Origin: Deltaproteobacteria bacterium
GTDB taxonomy: Bacteria; Myxococcota_A; Polyangia; Fen-1088
NCBI GenBank assembly: GCA_033763315.1
Contig: JANRKS010000035.1
Coordinates: 96,001-160,000, forward strand
Direction of reading: 5' to 3'
DNA: 64,000 bases
Both the position numbers and the translations under genes were made by a program. The notes beneath the pieces are model-generated. The model was not told the DNA's origin. It saw nothing but the letters and a program-made list of their open reading frames with translations, and ran no database searches. This document shows positions 60,435 to 64,000 of this stretch, piece after piece. Positions within the stretch are counted from its first letter, which is position 1; each line of letters starts with the position of its first letter.

Positions 60435-61889
60435 TTACTTAGGCGCGATTTTCATCGGCTCTTCGCCCTTGGGGGCGGCCTTGGGCATCCCCTCAAGCGC
60501 CGCCCCAATTTGCTTGGCGCGTGCGGCTGACTTCGCCGCTTTTTGCTCGGCCTCTTTGGCGGCCTTGTCATCCGCTGGCTTGGCGTCATCTTTCTTGTCG
60601 GCCTTCACTTCTGCCGCAGGCACGTCGCCCTTTTCATTGACGAACGTGACTGTGCCGAAGCGATCCAATTTGTGGAAATCACCCACCAGCGGCGGCGACC
60701 AGCCCTGCGCTTCTTGCGCCCCGCTCTTGTTCAGGTCCAAGCGGAACATGTTGAGGCGCCACGAATCACCGAACGCGGGCGGCACCTTCACCGCATCGTT
60801 GCCTTTGCCGAGGCCACCCACGTCCGCGAGCGGTATCGCGATTTCGGCGGTCCAGCTTTGATCAACGTCGTCGCGTTTGTTCAACGTGCCTTCCACCTTC
60901 ACAGCGGCTTTGATGCCTGAATTCCAGGAGAAGGGCTTGGCCTTTGGATCGATTACGTCTTCGTATTTGCGGTATTCAGGCAAGTACGTGTCGAACACGG
61001 TGCCCTTCGGCGACACTTGAAATTCCGTATACGTTTTGCCGTCGCCGTTGGCGTCGATCATGATCTCAACGGCTTCTTGCTGCCACAGCTTATCGTCGCG
61101 TTTATCGAACTCACCCCACACATCGTCGTCTTGGCTTTCGAAACCGATGTAGAGGTACTTGTCGTCCCACAGCAGTTTTGCATCTGTCTTTTGGCGCACA
61201 GGCTCGCCGGTCATCGTGTTCAAGAACACGCCCACCGAAGGCGCTTCGGCCCACGCCGCTTCATCGAGTTTGCCGTCCAACTTGGGCGCTTTTGCGACCT
61301 TGCGGGCCGCATACTTGCGTTCGATCGGTGGCTGCTTGCCTTTCACTTCCAGGACGGCAGCCAGCAAACGGTCCTTGCCATCTTGGGGACCGCTTTTCAC
61401 GGCCAAGCGTTGGTTGCCCTTCCAGACGCCCACGTGAATTTCGACGATCGGGTGTGGCCACGTGGGGGGCAGGCGAATGGTGTGTTCGTCGCGGATGATG
61501 TCCCCGGCTTTCCATTGGCTCACGGGGTACTTGCCGCGAATGGGGCCGTGGTCGAAATTCAAGAAGCCTTGGTTGTTGTGGCCCGAAGCGTGCGTAAACG
61601 TGCGCCAGCCATCGCCCGGTGGTGAAACCACCTTCCAATAATGGGTGAGCTTGACGTCTTTGCCGGGCTCAACCGGAACAGGGTCGGCATCCATGCCCAG
61701 GTAGACCACCTTGCCGTCGAGATCGGCGTTCACCGCGATCTTGGGCGATGGTGCCGCGCTCAGCAGATGCTGCTTCACGAAGGTCATGTCTTCGGCGGTG
61801 GGCTTGTCGTCCTGTTGCTCCACGCAACCAGTACCGGCCAAAGCCAAGGGAAAACCTAGTGAAAGCAACAGTTTTTTTGATCGAAGCAT
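60435..61889 (-). CDS. Lipoprotein with carbohydrate-binding family 9-like (DOMON-like) domain
   Basis: Lipobox GTGC; PKLDGKLDEAAW, LLWDDKYLYIGF, WTAEIAIP, WRLNMFR. Confidence 0.85.
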   Translation of the reverse strand: MLRSKKLLLSLGFPLALAGTGCVEQQDDKPTAEDMTFVKQHLLSAAPSPKIAVNADLDGKVVYLGMDADPVPVEPGKDVKLTHYWKVVSPPGDGWRTFTHASGHNNQGFLNFDHGPIRGKYPVSQWKAGDIIRDEHTIRLPPTWPHPIVEIHVGVWKGNQRLAVKSGPQDGKDRLLAAVLEVKGKQPPIERKYAARKVAKAPKLDGKLDEAAWAEAPSVGVFLNTMTGEPVRQKTDAKLLWDDKYLYIGFESQDDDVWGEFDKRDDKLWQQEAVEIMIDANGDGKTYTEFQVSPKGTVFDTYLPEYRKYEDVIDPKAKPFSWNSGIKAAVKVEGTLNKRDDVDQSWTAEIAIPLADVGGLGKGNDAVKVPPAFGDSWRLNMFRLDLNKSGAQEAQGWSPPLVGDFHKLDRFGTVTFVNEKGDVPAAEVKADKKDDAKPADDKAAKEAEQKAAKSAARAKQIGAALEGMPKAAPKGEEPMKIAPK

Positions 61890-62036
61890 AGTTGGGCGTC
61901 TCCTTACGGCAGGTGCAGCCAAGGGCGGCAGCTCGTTGGCTTTCTACTGAAGGTCGTCCGCGATTGCAAACGCGGCGACACCAAAGCCCGCGGCCCGTGG
62001 GTGGCGGCAAGGCGTGCTAAAGCAGGCACAAAGCCG

Positions 62037-62645
62037 ATGTCGTTACAAAGCAAGCCAATTGTCACGCTCGTGGGTGGGGGCGTGCGCTGTGGAAAAAGCG
62101 CCTTCGCGCTGGCGCGTGCCCATGCCCTGGGCCCCCGGCGCGGCTTCATCGCCACCGCGCAGGCGTTCGACAAAGAAATGGCGGATCGCATCGCGAATCA
62201 TAAAGCGGAGCGCGCAGGCCAATTCACCACCATCGAAGCGCCCATGGCCGTGGCCCAAGCCGTGCGCGACTTGCAGGAAATGGATGTTGTTGTGATTGAT
62301 TGCCTCACGCTTTGGTTATCCAACCTGCTGATGGCCGATCTGGCCGACGCGGACATCTATGCCGAGCTTGATGGTTTGGTGGCCGCGATCGCGGCAGGCC
62401 GTTCGCATCTGGTGCTGGTGACCAACGAAGTGGGGTTAGGCGTGGTGCCGCCCACGCCGCTCGGCCGCCGGTTTCGCGATTTGGCGGGCCGCGTGCATCA
62501 AAGGTGTGCCGCCGTCGCGGACGAAGTTTATTTTGGGGCTTTAGGCTGCATGTTGCGCTTGCGCCCGAACCCGGTGTGCCTCGTAATGGCACACGAGTTT
62601 GCCACCGTTTCTGCGGCCCCGCTCGCTCGTGAGGAGGCACTATGA
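62037..62645 (+). CDS. cobU: Adenosylcobinamide kinase / cobinamide-phosphate guanylyltransferase
   Basis: GGVRCGKS, IATA, RIANH, DCLTLWLSN, TNEVGLG, RFRD. Confidence 0.95.
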   Translation: MSLQSKPIVTLVGGGVRCGKSAFALARAHALGPRRGFIATAQAFDKEMADRIANHKAERAGQFTTIEAPMAVAQAVRDLQEMDVVVIDCLTLWLSNLLMADLADADIYAELDGLVAAIAAGRSHLVLVTNEVGLGVVPPTPLGRRFRDLAGRVHQRCAAVADEVYFGALGCMLRLRPNPVCLVMAHEFATVSAAPLAREEAL

Positions 62646-63694
62646 ACCACAAAATCGAACACGCCATCGCCCACGTTCGCGCCACGAACGATGCCGCCGC
62701 GGCAGCCACACAAGCGCTCTTGAACGCCAAAACAAAACCACCCGGCAGTCTGGGTGAGCTTGAAGGGTTGGCTTGTCGTTTGGCAGCCATCACGGGCAAA
62801 TCGCCGCCGCCACGCTTGACCAAAGCGGTGGTGGTCATGGGCGCCGATCACGGCGTCACCGACGAAGGCATCAGCGCTTATCCAGCCGAAGTCACAGCGC
62901 AGATGTTGGCGAACTTCGCCGCCGGAGGCGCCGCCATCAACGTCTTGGGTCGCCAAGCCGGTGCCACCGTATTGGTGGTGGACATGGGATCGCGTGTGCC
63001 ACCGCCCGATGGCACCGTCCTTAGCAAGCGCATCGGCCCGGGCACGCGGAATTTTGCGCACGAGCCGGCGATGACCGAAGCGCAAGCTGAGGACGCCATC
63101 CTTGCCGGCATAGAAGTGGCGCGCGGCTTGATCAGCGAAGGCGTCAATCTGATCGCGCTCGGCGAGATGGGCATCGGCAACACCACCAGTGCCTCTGCGT
63201 TGTGCGCGGCCTTGTTAAAGGTGCCGCCCGCCGAAGTCACGGGGCGTGGGACGGGCATCGACGATCACACCTTGGCGCATAAGGTGGCCGTGATCGAAAG
63301 CGCGTTGGTGCGGCACACGCCGCACGCGCAAACGCCGCTGCAAACGCTGGCCGCGTTCGGTGGCTTCGAAATCGCGGGGTTGGTGGGTGTTTGCTTGGCT
63401 GGCGCTGCCGCGCGTGTGCCGGTGTTGCTTGATGGCTTCATCACAAGCGTCGCCGCCTTGGTGGCAGTGCGCCTGTGCCCGCTCGTGCAGCAGCACTTGG
63501 TGGCGTCACACCGCTCGGTTGAGATCGGCCACGCCGCCGTGTGCAAAGCGCTGCAGCTCACGCCACTTTTTGATCTGCAAATGCGCTTGGGCGAAGGCTC
63601 GGGGGCCGCCTTGGCGATGCCAATGCTCGACGCCGCGGTGGCCATCGTGCACGAGATGGCCACCTTCGCGTCCGCGGGCGTCTCAAGCCATTGA
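62642..63694 (+). CDS. cobT: Nicotinate-nucleotide:dimethylbenzimidazole phosphoribosyltransferase
   Basis: TKPPGSLGELE, ADHGV, GEMGIGNTT, GGFEIAG, RLGEGSGA. Confidence 0.96.
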   Translation: MNHKIEHAIAHVRATNDAAAAATQALLNAKTKPPGSLGELEGLACRLAAITGKSPPPRLTKAVVVMGADHGVTDEGISAYPAEVTAQMLANFAAGGAAINVLGRQAGATVLVVDMGSRVPPPDGTVLSKRIGPGTRNFAHEPAMTEAQAEDAILAGIEVARGLISEGVNLIALGEMGIGNTTSASALCAALLKVPPAEVTGRGTGIDDHTLAHKVAVIESALVRHTPHAQTPLQTLAAFGGFEIAGLVGVCLAGAAARVPVLLDGFITSVAALVAVRLCPLVQQHLVASHRSVEIGHAAVCKALQLTPLFDLQMRLGEGSGAALAMPMLDAAVAIVHEMATFASAGVSSH

Positions 63695-63697
63695 GCC

Positions 63698-64000
63698 ATG
63701 TGGCATTCGTTCATCACCGCGTTCAGCTTTTTATCGCGGGTGCCCGTGCCACAGGTGACTGTGAACAACCGCACCTTGGGCGGCGCCGTGGCGTTCTTTC
63801 CGTTGGTGGGTCTGGTGATAGGTGGTTTGTTGTTTGGCGTCGCCACGTTGGCCACGCCGTTCGTTTCGCCGCTGGGCACGGCATTTTTGATCACGGGGAT
63901 GTGGGCGTGGCTCACAGGCGGACTGCACTTGGACGGGCTGGCCGATACATTCGACGGCCTAAGTGGCGGCCGCGGCGACCGGGCGCGCACGCTTGAGATC
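63698..64000 (+). CDS. cobS: Cobalamin synthase (partial, runs off the window)
   Basis: Not in the ORF track. Manual translation gives MWHSFITAFSFLSRVP...FFPLVG...TGGLHLDGLADTFDG. Confidence 0.93.
   Translation, partial: MWHSFITAFSFLSRVPVPQVTVNNRTLGGAVAFFPLVGLVIGGLLFGVATLATPFVSPLGTAFLITGMWAWLTGGLHLDGLADTFDGLSGGRGDRARTLEI

Noticed and set aside
61890-62036. Cobalamin riboswitch upstream of cobU
   Set aside because: The intergenic region is short, is shared with a divergent gene and has no recognisable B12-box.
63691-63996. 101-aa ORF-track call after cobT
   Set aside because: Wrong frame; the real gene is cobS starting at 63698.

Overview
GC-rich bacterial chromosomal window, very probably Myxococcota. 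This rests on three MYXO-CTERM-type C-termini, an AgmC-type head domain, a LonD/BsgA-like Lon, a eukaryote-like Ser/Thr kinase, a PP2C phosphatase and Asp-Ala-Gly-linker lipoproteins. Housekeeping genes are lon, recA, cinA, slyD, a fur-family regulator, carB-greA, xylA and cobU-cobT-cobS. They are interleaved with many cell-envelope genes and two VapBC/FitAB toxin-antitoxin modules. No rRNA, tRNA, CRISPR array or transposase was recognised. Three items stand out. (1) A 1719-aa protein (21601-26760) with a HEAT head followed by about 24 tandem glycine-zipper helical hairpins (about 48 hydrophobic helices, with a ~240-aa super-repeat). It lies upstream of two porins and a type I secretion operon whose single ABC ATPase has degenerate Walker motifs. 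(2) A TraA/TraB-like pair: a beta-barrel/TSP3/OmpA gene translationally coupled to an AgmC-head, Cys-rich, MYXO-CTERM gene. (3) A PilY1-like vWA protein carrying three inserted LamG domains, missed by the ORF track and preceded by a sigma54-type promoter and a palindrome. All family calls come from motif recognition by eye; no database searches were run.
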